Notes: generated by a model from the sequence alone, not told the origin. A DNA stretch of 64,000 nucleotides from Bacillota bacterium (GCA_012797175.1 JAAZPQ010000050.1:2924-66923); one strand, 5' to 3'. Counted from the first letter of the stretch, positions 50,776-61,168 are shown. Program-made: numbers and translations.

Positions 50776-51387
50776 ATGAAAGTACAGACTTTAGTAGTGA
50801 GCATGTTCGGGACGAACTGTTACCTGGTCAGTTGTCCGGAGACCGGTAAGGGTATCGTCATCGATCCCGGAGCCGAAGGGAAACGAATCCTGCTTGAAAT
50901 TAAGAAGAGCGGGTTGATTATTACGGAAATAATTAATACTCACGGCCATATTGATCATACCGGGGCTAATGGCAGTTTAAAAGAAGCGCTCCAGGTACCG
51001 CTTTCCCTGCCGGAAAAAGATCTGGATACCTACCAGAATCCTGGCTGGGGATTAGGATTTATCTTTGGCAAGCCCAGACCACCAGATCGTTTGCTTAAGG
51101 AAGGAGATCAGGTCTCCTTCGGGAAACAGCTCCTGACGGTTATCGAAACGCCCGGCCATACCAGGGGCGGGATCTCACTATATGGTTCTGGAGCTGTTTT
51201 TACCGGGGACACCCTTTTTGCCGGTTCCATTGGCCGGACCGATCTGGCCGGGGGCTCATTTAACACCTTAATTGGGGCTATTAAAGAGAAGCTGTTGGTT
51301 CTACCCCCCCGGACGGTGGTCTACCCCGGGCATGGCCCGGCCACGACGATCGAGGCTGAAGCGAGAAGCAATCCATTCCTGCTTTAA
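50776..51387 (+). CDS. MBL-fold metallo-hydrolase (WalJ/YycJ-like, glyoxalase II-like)
   Basis: HxHxDH motif THGHIDHTG plus downstream His/Asp ligands; conserved start MKVQTLVVS at ATG 50776 with RBS, the track ORF has a 29-codon upstream extension. Confidence 0.7.
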   Translation: MKVQTLVVSMFGTNCYLVSCPETGKGIVIDPGAEGKRILLEIKKSGLIITEIINTHGHIDHTGANGSLKEALQVPLSLPEKDLDTYQNPGWGLGFIFGKPRPPDRLLKEGDQVSFGKQLLTVIETPGHTRGGISLYGSGAVFTGDTLFAGSIGRTDLAGGSFNTLIGAIKEKLLVLPPRTVVYPGHGPATTIEAEARSNPFLL

Positions 51388-53376
51388 GGAAGTAGATTTG
51401 GAGAAGGGAAGCCAGGGCCACCAGAAAGAAGGTTGGCAGAGGTGACACTCGTCTGCCGGCTCTGTTCCGCTGATAAAAAACTCATCCCGGGCCGGTTTTG
51501 GGCAGAAGGGGCCGTGCCGCAAGCCCGATTCCGGGCAGAGAGGGCAGCTGACGATCCCCTCGGGAATTTCAAAATCGAGAGCGGTACTCTCCTGCAGAGC
51601 CTTCTCCATGAACCAGGCCCACAGGGGGGCAGCCAATCCTCCTCCAGAAGAATCGAGCGGTTTTTCGTAATCGTCGCCGATATAGATACCGGTGACCAGC
51701 TGCGGCGTATAACCGACCATGTGCGCATTCTTGTTGTCCTGAGAAGTCCCCGATTTGCCAGCTGCGGGACGATTCAAGATAGAACCTGCCGCGCTGGCAG
51801 TACCTTCTTCGGCAAGCACATCCTTAAGCATATCGGTAATTAAAAAGGCGATAGCGGGATCGAGAACCGGTTCTCTGTGCGGATGGTTCTCCAGCAGGGT
51901 CTTCCCCTCTGCATCGATAACTTTACGGATAAAAAGGGGCTCGATCCGAAAGCCTCCGTTGGCAAAGGGGGCAAAAGCAGCGGTCAGCTCGAGCAGGGTA
52001 ACCTCACTTGTCCCCAGGGGTAATGAAAAGTAAGGCTCCAGGGGGCTGGTAATACCCAGGCGCTGGGCCATCTCTACTGTTTTTTCTTTACCGATCCGGT
52101 CATGGACCTTTATTGCAGCGATATTACATGATTTTGTCAGCGCTTCGCGGATGGTCAGCTCCCGGTTGTGGAAACCCCCTCCATAATCTGTTGGGGTATA
52201 AGGTTCGGGTAGCCCCGCTTCAGTAAAAGAGATCGCTTCACAGAGCACCCGGTCTGCTGCGGTAAAGCCATTTTCTAAAGCTGCCGCATAGATAAAGGGC
52301 TTAAAAGAAGAACCCGGCGAGCGGGGTGTAAAAACGCGGTTTAGATTGCTCTCTTCAAAGTCGCGCCCCCCTACCAGCGCCTTGACGTAACCGGTAGCTG
52401 GCTCTATGGCCACCAGTGCTCCCTGGGGCTGCCGGATACCGTTTTCATCAAGGCGCTGTTCGGCGATACCGTCAAAGATCTCTTCAGCCAGCTGCTGCAT
52501 CTCCGGGTCCAGGGTGGTATATATTTCTAGCCCATCGCGGTAAACTGGTTCTAAGTCCCCGTCAAAAAATTCAACCATCTCGGTATTAATTAAATAATCG
52601 AGAAAATAGGCGGCGCTCTCTTCAGCGGGCAGTTCCCGGAAGATAAGCTCTTCCTGCAGGGCGTCCTTCTTCTCTTTCTCGCTGATAAAACCAGCTGAGA
52701 CCATCTGGCTCAAGACGGTTTTCCGGCGCTGCTCAGCCGCTTCCGGGTTGAGTTGTGGCGAATAATATGAGGGCCCTTTAGGCAGGCCGGCCAGGAGGGC
52801 CGCTTCACCCAGACTAAGCTTTGCCGCACTTTTACCGAAATAGTTCTGGGCGGCGGCTTCGATTCCATAAGCGGAATGTCCGTAGTAGATTGTATTTAGA
52901 TACATTTCCAGGATTTCGTCTTTATTGTAACAGCGCTCCAAGTGAATGGTATACAGCGCCTCTTTTGCCTTGCGCTTGACAGTGCGCTCATGGGAGAGAT
53001 AAAGGTTTTTTGCCAGCTGCTGGGTGATGGTGCTGCCTCCTTGGGCCGCCTGAGTTCTCCGGAGATTGTTTAATAGTGCCCGGGCCAGCCCGGTCGGGTC
53101 AAATCCCGGGTGCTGGTAAAAACGGCGGTCTTCGACCGCGAGTGTAGCCTTGATCAGATGGTCGGATATCTGCTCCAGGGGGATATTGATCCGGTTTTCC
53201 TGGTAACGTACAGCCAGGATCTGATCCCGGCAGTCGTAAATCCGTGTCGTTAAAGGTGGCGAAGGCTCCGGGAGCCGCTCCATCTCTCCGACAGTGTAGA
53301 CCAGGTAGCCGAAACTTCCAGAGATGCTAAGCAGTAAAACAATGAAGACAATCAAAAATCCGCGAAATAAATTCAT
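51301..53376 (-). CDS. Class A penicillin-binding protein (bifunctional glycosyltransferase/transpeptidase, PBP1A-like)
   Basis: 691 aa; N-terminal TM; GT51 motifs (EDRRFYQHPGFD, GGSTITQQLAKN); transpeptidase SxxK (SSFKPF), SxN, KSG (KSGTS); Cys-rich C-terminal tail. Confidence 0.9.
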   Translation of the reverse strand: MNLFRGFLIVFIVLLLSISGSFGYLVYTVGEMERLPEPSPPLTTRIYDCRDQILAVRYQENRINIPLEQISDHLIKATLAVEDRRFYQHPGFDPTGLARALLNNLRRTQAAQGGSTITQQLAKNLYLSHERTVKRKAKEALYTIHLERCYNKDEILEMYLNTIYYGHSAYGIEAAAQNYFGKSAAKLSLGEAALLAGLPKGPSYYSPQLNPEAAEQRRKTVLSQMVSAGFISEKEKKDALQEELIFRELPAEESAAYFLDYLINTEMVEFFDGDLEPVYRDGLEIYTTLDPEMQQLAEEIFDGIAEQRLDENGIRQPQGALVAIEPATGYVKALVGGRDFEESNLNRVFTPRSPGSSFKPFIYAAALENGFTAADRVLCEAISFTEAGLPEPYTPTDYGGGFHNRELTIREALTKSCNIAAIKVHDRIGKEKTVEMAQRLGITSPLEPYFSLPLGTSEVTLLELTAAFAPFANGGFRIEPLFIRKVIDAEGKTLLENHPHREPVLDPAIAFLITDMLKDVLAEEGTASAAGSILNRPAAGKSGTSQDNKNAHMVGYTPQLVTGIYIGDDYEKPLDSSGGGLAAPLWAWFMEKALQESTALDFEIPEGIVSCPLCPESGLRHGPFCPKPARDEFFISGTEPADECHLCQPSFWWPWLPFSKSTSLKQEWIASRFSLDRRGRAMPGVDHRPGG

Positions 53377-53975
53377 AAAAAACGCTCTCCTCGACTAAAG
53401 TAAATGCATATTGTAAATCTATATTGAATAGATAGTATGGTACAAATCCCTGAAATTCATTACAAATAAACTGATTATTTTATTAAAAAGCAGGAAAAAA
53501 AGAGGCAGTAGCGAATAAATAAAAGAGCAACCGCTAGTGACGGCCTGGCTTGTTGACGCTGCGCCGGGAATAAATATTCCTCAAAAAGATCATAATTTTT
53601 CATAAGAAAGGTTTTGGAAACCCCCCGGTAGAATTAAAGTATGCCTTTCCTGTTGCTAATAATAGATCCGAGTTCCCTTCGTCAGGACAATCCAGTTGGG
53701 TTTTTAGTGTCCCGGATATATCTCTCCTGCAGCCGTACTGTGTGCGGTAGTGAACCGGGGCGGGAACGGTGCGCCGGAGAGACCCTTAACTAACCTGAGT
53801 TATCCGTGCTACCTTAATCCATCTGTGTGCTGGTTATCTTAACTTTTATTACAATAAGTAGGTGACGATTCCCCTGATATGAATGGAGCTGATGAGGCAT
53901 GAATTGACCGGTGAACTGATGTCATACTGCCAGGGACAACTAATGAAACAAATGAAATAAAGGTGGTGTTTTAAA

Positions 53976-55259
53976 TTGGATCCAAGCCAATTAAAAACGG
54001 CGACATTAAGCGAACTACGCCGTCTGGCCAGGGAGAAGGCGGTGAGAGGTCATTCGACCATGCGTAAACAAGAGCTGATTGATGCTTTGGCCAATGTGCT
54101 TACCTCTGATGAACCTGATGCTGAGGATGGCGGGAAAAGTGAGACAGAAAATGAGTATGACAGCGCGGCTGGGCTCCTGGAGATTATGAATGACGGGTTT
54201 GGCTTTTTGCGACGTTATAAATATTGTTACTCTGATGACGATATTTATATTTCTGCATCACAGATACGCCGTTTTAATTTGCGCACTGGCGACATGGTCT
54301 CCGGAAAGATTAGGCCGCCGAAAGATAACGAAAGATATTATGCCTTGTTGCAGGTAGAATCAATTAACGGTGAAGACCCGGAGACCTTCTTGCGACGGCC
54401 AAACTTTACCTCGCTGGTTCCGGTGCACCCGCGTGAAGTGCTGCGCATGGAGACGGAACCCCACATTCTTGCCACTAGGATTATTGACCTGCTTATTCCC
54501 ATCGGTAAAGGACAGCGGGGGCTGATTGTCTCTCCTCCGAAAGCCGGGAAGACAATTCTGCTTAAGCAGATAGCCAACAGCATCTCTACCAATCACCCCG
54601 AGGTAACCCTGATTATTTTACTAGTTGATGAACGGCCGGAAGAGGTTACCGACATGGAACGCAGTGTCAAGGCTGATGTGGCCAGCTCTACCTTCGATCA
54701 GAAGCCGGAGAATCATATCCGCATCTCTGAACTGGTGCTTGAGCGGGCGCAGCGCCTGGTTGAGCAGGGCCATGATGTTGCCATTCTTCTGGACAGCATT
54801 ACCCGCTTGGCCCGGGCTTACAACCTGGTAATTCCCCCCAGTGGGCGGACTCTTTCGGGGGGCATAGACCCGGCGGCATTTTACAAGCCCAAGCGCTTTT
54901 TCGGAGCGGCGCGAAATATTGATGGCGGAGGCAGCCTGACCATCATTGCTACAGCTTTAATCGATACTGGCAGCCGGATGGATGATGTTATTTATGAAGA
55001 ATTTAAGGGGACCGGGAATATGGAGCTGCATCTGGACCGCAAGATCTCCGAGCGCCGTATTTTCCCGGCCATTGATATCTCGCGCTCCGGAACGCGCCGC
55101 GAAGAGCTGCTCCTCGATGAACGCAAAATCGAGCTGATGTGGGCCCTGCGTAGAGCGATGGGGAATACCCAAAACGTTGAATTTTTAGAGATGCTCTTCG
55201 ATAAATTGAAGCAGACCAAGAATAACGAGGAATTCCTTAATAATATGTATACTTTTTAA
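53976..55259 (+). CDS. rho: Transcription termination factor Rho (TTG start, AAGGTGGTG RBS)
   Basis: 427 aa; N-terminal domain, OB fold (GFGFLR), RecA-like ATPase with Walker [13 protein letters not shown]. Confidence 0.9.
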   Translation: MDPSQLKTATLSELRRLAREKAVRGHSTMRKQELIDALANVLTSDEPDAEDGGKSETENEYDSAAGLLEIMNDGFGFLRRYKYCYSDDDIYISASQIRRFNLRTGDMVSGKIRPPKDNERYYALLQVESINGEDPETFLRRPNFTSLVPVHPREVLRMETEPHILATRIIDLLIPIGKGQRGLIVSPPKAGKTILLKQIANSISTNHPEVTLIILLVDERPEEVTDMERSVKADVASSTFDQKPENHIRISELVLERAQRLVEQGHDVAILLDSITRLARAYNLVIPPSGRTLSGGIDPAAFYKPKRFFGAARNIDGGGSLTIIATALIDTGSRMDDVIYEEFKGTGNMELHLDRKISERRIFPAIDISRSGTRREELLLDERKIELMWALRRAMGNTQNVEFLEMLFDKLKQTKNNEEFLNNMYTF

Positions 55260-55384
55260 CCTGTGTTCTTAACGGGATCGAGCTGTTTTCATCATATTTG
55301 TTTCCTCCCACGGCCTGAAATGCATAATTTTGCTTCCTGAACAGCAAAATATGGTCCAAACCTGCTGTTAAGGAGGCTTACACC

Positions 55385-56260
55385 ATGTCAGGTCTGACTA
55401 AAGCAGCAACGGCAGCACTGATTGTCGGTCTGACCTGCTTCGGCTTTGTGGAGAAAGCTGCGGCCATCGGTCAGGAAGAGGAAGAAGGAGAAGTGGGCGA
55501 GGTGCCGTTATATTACCTGCAGTTGCAGGATTTTACAGCGGCCCAGGAAGAAGAGGAGGCTCTCCGCCCAAAAATTCTGGAATACACAGTGCGGCCGGGA
55601 GATTGTCTCTATACGATTGCCACACAATTTGGGACCAATGTTGATACGCTGGTCTGCTTAAACAATATGATCAATCCCAGCCTGATTCACCCTGGAGAAT
55701 GCATAGAGATACTCACCGTGGTCGGTTGTGTTCATGATGTGAAAGAAGGAGAAACAATTGCTGCAATTGCTGATGCTTATGGAGTCGATGAAACGGTGAT
55801 ATTTCAAGCCAATGAGATTAGCCCCACTTCAATTTTATCCCGTGGTGAGCGGATTATTGTTCCGGGCGGCGTCTCTTCTCATGATTCACGGCGGCTCACT
55901 TTTCAGTGGCCCCTGCAGGGCACCCTGACTTCCGGTTACGGGTGGCGGAACGGCAAGTTTCATTACGGAATTGACCTTGCCGCGGCCTACGGGACCGCTT
56001 TCTATGCGGCGGCTGGCGGCCAGGTTACCTGGGCTGGTTACCGGGGCAGCTATGGGATAATGATTGAAGTTGACCATGGCGACGGCTACCGGACCCGCTA
56101 CGGCCATGCCCACAAGGTCGCCGTTTCGGTCGGGCAGTGGGTTAAGCCCGGGCAGAAGCTGGGCTATGTAGGCCTGACCGGTAATACTACCGGCCCACAC
56201 CTGCATTTTGAGATTCACGCTGGCGGTAAAAAGGTGAATCCGCTTCAATTCCTGGACTAA
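55385..56260 (+). CDS. Secreted LysM-domain M23 peptidase
   Basis: 291 aa; signal peptide; two LysM repeats (YTVRPGDCLYTIA and HDVKEGETIAAIA); LytM domain HYGIDL and HLHFEIH. Confidence 0.8.
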   Translation: MSGLTKAATAALIVGLTCFGFVEKAAAIGQEEEEGEVGEVPLYYLQLQDFTAAQEEEEALRPKILEYTVRPGDCLYTIATQFGTNVDTLVCLNNMINPSLIHPGECIEILTVVGCVHDVKEGETIAAIADAYGVDETVIFQANEISPTSILSRGERIIVPGGVSSHDSRRLTFQWPLQGTLTSGYGWRNGKFHYGIDLAAAYGTAFYAAAGGQVTWAGYRGSYGIMIEVDHGDGYRTRYGHAHKVAVSVGQWVKPGQKLGYVGLTGNTTGPHLHFEIHAGGKKVNPLQFLD

Positions 56261-56315
56261 GTATTTGCCCGGGCGCACCCCGGAAGTAGCTGCAAATAAG
56301 GTAAAAGGTGGTCAG

Positions 56316-57836
56316 ATGAAGCTTTCCGGTGGAGAAGTTAGCGCTTGGACCTTGCTGGAGCCGTTTGCCTCTCCCCAATTAAAAGAGAGTCTTCAACAGG
56401 TTCGTGTCGAACGGCTGGCCTATCATTCGGCGAAGGTAAAACCGGGCACCCTTTTCTTCTGTTTACCGGGGAGAAAAACCGACGGGCATAATTATGCCGC
56501 CGAGGCAGCTGACCGCGGAGCCGTGGCCCTGGTCGTTTCACGGAAGATTGATCTGATCAATCCGGCAGTACCGGTAATTACCGTGGATGATACCGGCCTG
56601 GCCCTCTCAGCTGCTGCAGCGCGTTTCTATGGGTTTCCTGGAGAAAGGATGAAAATGATCGGTGTAACCGGTACCAATGGAAAAACTACGACTACATATT
56701 TTATTAGCAGCATTTTTAAAGCAGCCGGTTATAAGACGGCGATTTTGGGCAGTAACGGCCTGATTATAAACGGGACCAGGAGAAAGTTTGCTCTAACCAC
56801 CCCCCAATCCCTGGATCTACAGGAGCACCTTTGTTTTTCCTTGCAGCAGGGCGCAGAGGTAACGGCGGTGGAGGTCTCCTCCCATGCCCTGGTGCAACAG
56901 CGGGCGGCGCACTGTTTTTTTGATAGCGTGGTTTATACCAACCTCACCCGGGAGCATCTCGATTACCACCACACCATGCCGCAATACTTAGAGGCGAAAA
57001 GCCGATTTTTGAATCTGTTGGAAAACCGGTCTGGCGGTGGAGTGATTCTTAACGCAGACGATCCCTTCTATAGCGAGCTGGCCACACGGGCAGCATCTCT
57101 TCCCCAGTTGACTTACGGTCTCGTTACAGAAGGGGCCAAGATAAGAGCGGTAAACCTGGCCCAAACTGAAAAAGGATGCTATAGCTTTGATCTGCTTGGC
57201 TGGTCCGTGCCATTCCGAGTAACGTTACAGCTTCCGGGCAAATTTAATCTTTACAACGCCCTGGCAGCGGCGGCAACGGCTTACCAGGAAGAGCTTGTTC
57301 CGGAGGCGGTTTCTACAGGGTTAAACGCGCTCCAACAAGTCCCGGGGCGTTTTGAAGAGATCGAAGCCCCGGCCGGTTTTACCGTAATCATCGATTTTGC
57401 CCATACTCCCGACGGGCTGGAGCAGGTCTTGAAGCTGCTCTCCAGCCGGCCGGTCCGCCGGCGGATTACCCTTTTCGGTTGCCCCGGAGAGCGGGATCGG
57501 GGTAAGCGGCCGCTGATGGGGCGGATCGCTGAACTATACAGCGATGAGGTAATTCTAACTAACGACAACCCGGCCGGTGAGGATGCCATGGTGATAATTG
57601 AGGATATCAAGCGGGGAATGTGCCGTATGCCGCTGGTTATCCCGGATCGGCGGGAGGCGGTTTGCCATGCACTGACTATGGCCCGTTCTGGCGACCTGGT
57701 TCTACTGGCTGGCAAAGGAGACGAGGAGTACCAGATTATCGGAGAGCAGGCTTTTCCGTACAGCGATCGGCAAACCGTGATCGATTATATCGGTGAGATG
57801 GGCCTCGCCGGTAAGGAGAGGCCCGGTTTGCCCTGA
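56316..57836 (+). CDS. murE: Mur ligase MurE-type (UDP-MurNAc-L-Ala-D-Glu : diamino acid ligase) with DNPA in place of DNPR
   Basis: Starts MKLSGGE at ATG 56316 with an AAAAGGTGG RBS; Mur ligase P-loop GVTGTNGKTTTT; C-terminal motif reads ILTNDNPAGED. Confidence 0.75.
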   Translation: MKLSGGEVSAWTLLEPFASPQLKESLQQVRVERLAYHSAKVKPGTLFFCLPGRKTDGHNYAAEAADRGAVALVVSRKIDLINPAVPVITVDDTGLALSAAAARFYGFPGERMKMIGVTGTNGKTTTTYFISSIFKAAGYKTAILGSNGLIINGTRRKFALTTPQSLDLQEHLCFSLQQGAEVTAVEVSSHALVQQRAAHCFFDSVVYTNLTREHLDYHHTMPQYLEAKSRFLNLLENRSGGGVILNADDPFYSELATRAASLPQLTYGLVTEGAKIRAVNLAQTEKGCYSFDLLGWSVPFRVTLQLPGKFNLYNALAAAATAYQEELVPEAVSTGLNALQQVPGRFEEIEAPAGFTVIIDFAHTPDGLEQVLKLLSSRPVRRRITLFGCPGERDRGKRPLMGRIAELYSDEVILTNDNPAGEDAMVIIEDIKRGMCRMPLVIPDRREAVCHALTMARSGDLVLLAGKGDEEYQIIGEQAFPYSDRQTVIDYIGEMGLAGKERPGLP

Positions 57837-58002
57837 GCGTCCCGGAGGCCATCTTCATCTGCCAGCATCTGAAAACTTTGGTCCTAAGGGAAGAAGTTTT
57901 CCGCAGGCATTTCGTAAAAGATTTTTAGAAACGGGTCAGGTGCGGCTGTTGGAGTTATTGTCCGGGAGCATTTGCGGAGCACCGGCCGGGCTCGCCGTTC
58001 TG

Positions 58003-58031
58003 TTGCGCAATAAATAAGGTTATGCTATTAT
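58003..58031 (+). promoter_or_regulatory. Putative sigma-A promoter upstream of rpmE (TTGCGC-17-TATTAT)
   Basis: Motifs at 58003..58008 and 58026..58031. Confidence 0.4.
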
Positions 58032-58065
58032 CTAGTCCTGGAAGCGAAGCAGGAGGTGTTGATAG

Positions 58066-58266
58066 ATGAAAGAGAATATTCATCCCCGTTATTTCCGCGC
58101 GAAGGTAACCTGCGCTTGCGGGGAATCCTTTGAAACCGGTTCTACCAAGGAGAACCTGAGGGTGGAGATCTGTTCCAAGTGCCATCCTTTCTTTACCGGC
58201 AAGCAGAAGTTCGTCGACAGCGGCGGTAGAGTAGAGCGCTTCAAGCGGAAGTATGGTCTCGAGTAA
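58066..58266 (+). CDS. rpmE: 50S ribosomal protein L31 (zinc-binding type)
   Basis: 66 aa; MKENIHP...CxC...[10 protein letters not shown]. Confidence 0.9.
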   Translation: MKENIHPRYFRAKVTCACGESFETGSTKENLRVEICSKCHPFFTGKQKFVDSGGRVERFKRKYGLE

Positions 58267-58310
58267 ACAGGTGGCCGGTATTCGTGATGCTGCAGGGAGG
58301 TACGGAGACG

Positions 58311-59222
58311 ATGGAAAAGCCGCAGTTAGTTGGCGGACAGGCGGTCCTTGAAGGGGTTATGATGCGCCATCACGATCAAATAGCCATTGCCTGCCGGCGC
58401 GGCGATAATAGCATCAGCCTCATTTCAGAAAAAACTGTCCCCCTGGCCAGCCGTTTTCCTATCCTGGGCTGGCCCATTCTAAGAGGCGCGGTCGCTTTTT
58501 TTGAATCTTTGATTATCGGCGTGCGTGCCCTTAACCTTTCAGCGGCCGAAGTTCTTCAAGAAGAAGGAGAAGAGATGCAGGACTGGCAGGCTTTTCTAGT
58601 TGTTCTGCTCGGATTGGGGCTGGGGATTGCTCTATTCTTCGTCCTTCCTACCTACCTGGCTAAATTGGTTCCACAGCACTGGCATCCGGTTATTCTTAAC
58701 CTGGTCGAAGGGTTGATCCGGTTGGCCATTTTTCTGGCCTATCTTTTTTTGGTGACCCGCTGGAGCGAAATGAAGCGTTTCTTTGCTTACCACGGCGCGG
58801 AGCATAAAGCCATATTTTGTTTTGAAGCCGGGGATCCTTTACAGGCAGAGAGTGCGCAGCGGTACAGCACTCTCCATCCTCGCTGCGGGACCAGCTTCCT
58901 TTTCATCGTCATGGTTCTGAGCATCTTGCTTTTCTCTCTGTTCGGCTGGCCTCCTTTACCGCAGCGTATCGCCATCCGGCTGATTCTGCTTCCGCTAGTT
59001 GCCGGGATCTCTTACGAAGCGATCCGGCTGACTGCGCGTAGCAGTTCGCCTCTGCTCCGCCTGTTCACTGTGCCGGGTTTATGGCTGCAGCGGATGACCA
59101 CCAACGAGCCCGATAACGGTCAGCTTGAGGTGGCTCTCTGCGCCCTGAAAGCGGTACTTGATCCGGGCAGAGGGCAAGATGATTATTGTGGCGACAGCCC
59201 CGGGGTGAGTAATAATGTTTGA
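58311..59222 (+). CDS. DUF1385-family membrane protein (YqhQ-like); start probably ATG 58311, track ORF begins at GTG 58284
   Basis: N-terminus [15 protein letters not shown]; multiple TM segments; commonly upstream of prfA. Confidence 0.7.
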   Translation: MEKPQLVGGQAVLEGVMMRHHDQIAIACRRGDNSISLISEKTVPLASRFPILGWPILRGAVAFFESLIIGVRALNLSAAEVLQEEGEEMQDWQAFLVVLLGLGLGIALFFVLPTYLAKLVPQHWHPVILNLVEGLIRLAIFLAYLFLVTRWSEMKRFFAYHGAEHKAIFCFEAGDPLQAESAQRYSTLHPRCGTSFLFIVMVLSILLFSLFGWPPLPQRIAIRLILLPLVAGISYEAIRLTARSSSPLLRLFTVPGLWLQRMTTNEPDNGQLEVALCALKAVLDPGRGQDDYCGDSPGVSNNV

Positions 59223-60285
59223 AAAGATGGATCTGGCAGAAAAGCGCTATGATGAACTGGCGCGGTTATTAAGCGACCCGGAAATACTGGCCCGGCAAGA
59301 GTTGTGGCAACAATACTCCCGTGAGCTGGCCATGCTGACGCCGGGTGTCGAGTTATACCGCCGCTACCGGGATTTGAACCGGGAGCTGGCTGATGCCCGT
59401 GAGCTGCTACAGGACGATCAGGATGGCGAACTTTCTGAGTTTCTGCAAGAAGAGATTGCCCGGATCACCGGGCAAATAGAAAAAGTAGCTCGGGAATTAA
59501 AAGAGCATCTGCTTCCGCGGGACCCCCATGATCAGAAAAATGTTTTTCTGGAGATCCGGGCCGGTACCGGCGGAGAAGAGGCCGCTCTTTTTGCTGCTGA
59601 TCTTTTAAGAATGTATAGCCGCTATGCCGAGCGAAATGGCTGGAAGGTAGAGATTGTTGATGCCCATGCCACTGATATCGGCGGCTTTAAAGAGGTAGTT
59701 GTGGGAATAGAGGGCAAGGGTGTATACAGTCGCTTGAAATATGAAAGCGGCGTTCACCGGGTCCAGCGGATCCCGGCGACCGAATCAGGAGGACGAATCC
59801 ATACCTCTGCTGCTACTGTGGCTGTTCTTCCCGAAGCCGAAGAGCTGGAGGTGGAGATCAATCCACAGGAGCTACGGATTGATACCTACTGTTCCACAGG
59901 GCCGGGTGGTCAGAGTGTGAACACGACCCAGTCCGCAGTCCGGATAACCCACCTGCCGACCGGTTTGGTGGTAACCTGCCAGGATGAAAAGTCCCAATTG
60001 AAAAACAGGGAGAAAGCTCTCCGGGTCTTACGCAGTAGGCTGCTGGATAAGTATACTACCGAACAGGCGGCTGAATTGGCTGAAGCGCGGCGCTCCCAAA
60101 TTGGCAGCGGTGATCGCAGTGAGCGCATCCGGACCTACAATTTTCCCCAAAACCGGGTGACCGATCATCGGATCGGGTTAACGCTGCATCAACTTGACCT
60201 GGTTCTTGATGGTGAGCTTGACCAGATTATCGATCAGCTGATTGCTTCGGAGAAGGCGAAGCAGTTGCAGAGTACAGGTGAGTAG
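59215..60285 (+). CDS. prfA: Peptide chain release factor 1
   Basis: 356 aa; GGQ motif ([12 protein letters not shown]); PxT region for RF1. Confidence 0.9.
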   Translation: MFEKMDLAEKRYDELARLLSDPEILARQELWQQYSRELAMLTPGVELYRRYRDLNRELADARELLQDDQDGELSEFLQEEIARITGQIEKVARELKEHLLPRDPHDQKNVFLEIRAGTGGEEAALFAADLLRMYSRYAERNGWKVEIVDAHATDIGGFKEVVVGIEGKGVYSRLKYESGVHRVQRIPATESGGRIHTSAATVAVLPEAEELEVEINPQELRIDTYCSTGPGGQSVNTTQSAVRITHLPTGLVVTCQDEKSQLKNREKALRVLRSRLLDKYTTEQAAELAEARRSQIGSGDRSERIRTYNFPQNRVTDHRIGLTLHQLDLVLDGELDQIIDQLIASEKAKQLQSTGE

Positions 60286-60289
60286 GAAG

Positions 60290-61168
60290 GTGAGCCCGGA
60301 CAGTACCATAACCATCGAAGCGGCACTGCAAAGAGCTTCTCTTTGTTTACGGGAGGCAGGAATAGAGCAGCCGCGGGATGAAGCAGAAATTTTACTAGCC
60401 CATCTGCAAGGATGGAATCGGCTGAAGCTTTTCCTGGAGCGCTCCAACTTCCTAGACAGCGATCTTGTCTCTGCTTTTCGGGCTGCGGTGGAGAGGCGTG
60501 CCCGCGACGAACCCTCCGCCTATATCACCGGGACGAAGGAGTTTTACGGTCTCAGTTTTGCAGTCAACAGGGAGGTCCTTATCCCCCGCCCGGAAACCGA
60601 GTTACTGGTAGATATCGTTCTCGAATGGGCCCGCACTCAAAAAGGTGAATTGCGGGGGGTGGATCTCGGTTGTGGCAGCGGCAACCTGGCTATAACCCTG
60701 GCCTACCATCTGCCGGAGGCCTCCTTCTATGCAGTCGATCTCTCGACGGGAGCACTGCAGCTGGCAAAGGCCAATGCTTTACGGCATGGCGTGCGCGAGA
60801 GGGTTCATTTTTTTCAAGGCGATTACCTCGATGCTTTTTCCGGAACACAGCCGCCACCCGTTTTCAACCTGGTTGTCTCCAACCCACCGTATCTTCGGAG
60901 CTCAGAGCTGGAGAATCTGCCGGTAACGATTCGGGACTATGAACCGCCCCTCTCTCTGAACGGCGGTCCGGACGGTCTTGTGGCTTACCGGAGTATCCTG
61001 GCACTGCTGCCTCGCTTTCTCCAAGCGCCGGGTTTGATGGCGCTGGAGATCGGCTTTACTCAAGGGGAGGCCCTTCTCTCACTTTGCCGTAAACAGGCTC
61101 TTTTCCATACGCTGTCCCTGCGGCATGATTATCAGAATCTCCCCCGTGTTCTTATCGGCCTATTTTAA
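60290..61168 (+). CDS. prmC: Release factor glutamine N5-methyltransferase PrmC/HemK (start uncertain, GTG 60290 or upstream 60242)
   Basis: NPPY motif (VVSNPPYL); SAM motif VDLGCGSGNLAI; N-terminal helical domain aligns with HemK. Confidence 0.8.
   Translation: MSPDSTITIEAALQRASLCLREAGIEQPRDEAEILLAHLQGWNRLKLFLERSNFLDSDLVSAFRAAVERRARDEPSAYITGTKEFYGLSFAVNREVLIPRPETELLVDIVLEWARTQKGELRGVDLGCGSGNLAITLAYHLPEASFYAVDLSTGALQLAKANALRHGVRERVHFFQGDYLDAFSGTQPPPVFNLVVSNPPYLRSSELENLPVTIRDYEPPLSLNGGPDGLVAYRSILALLPRFLQAPGLMALEIGFTQGEALLSLCRKQALFHTLSLRHDYQNLPRVLIGLF

Noticed and set aside
56265-56315. TTG-initiated extension of murE
   Set aside because: No RBS; the conserved MurE N-terminus MKLS... begins at ATG 56316 with an RBS.
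57793-58017. 74-aa ORF between murE and rpmE
   Set aside because: Overlaps the murE 3' end and the predicted rpmE promoter; Arg/Pro-rich with no motif.
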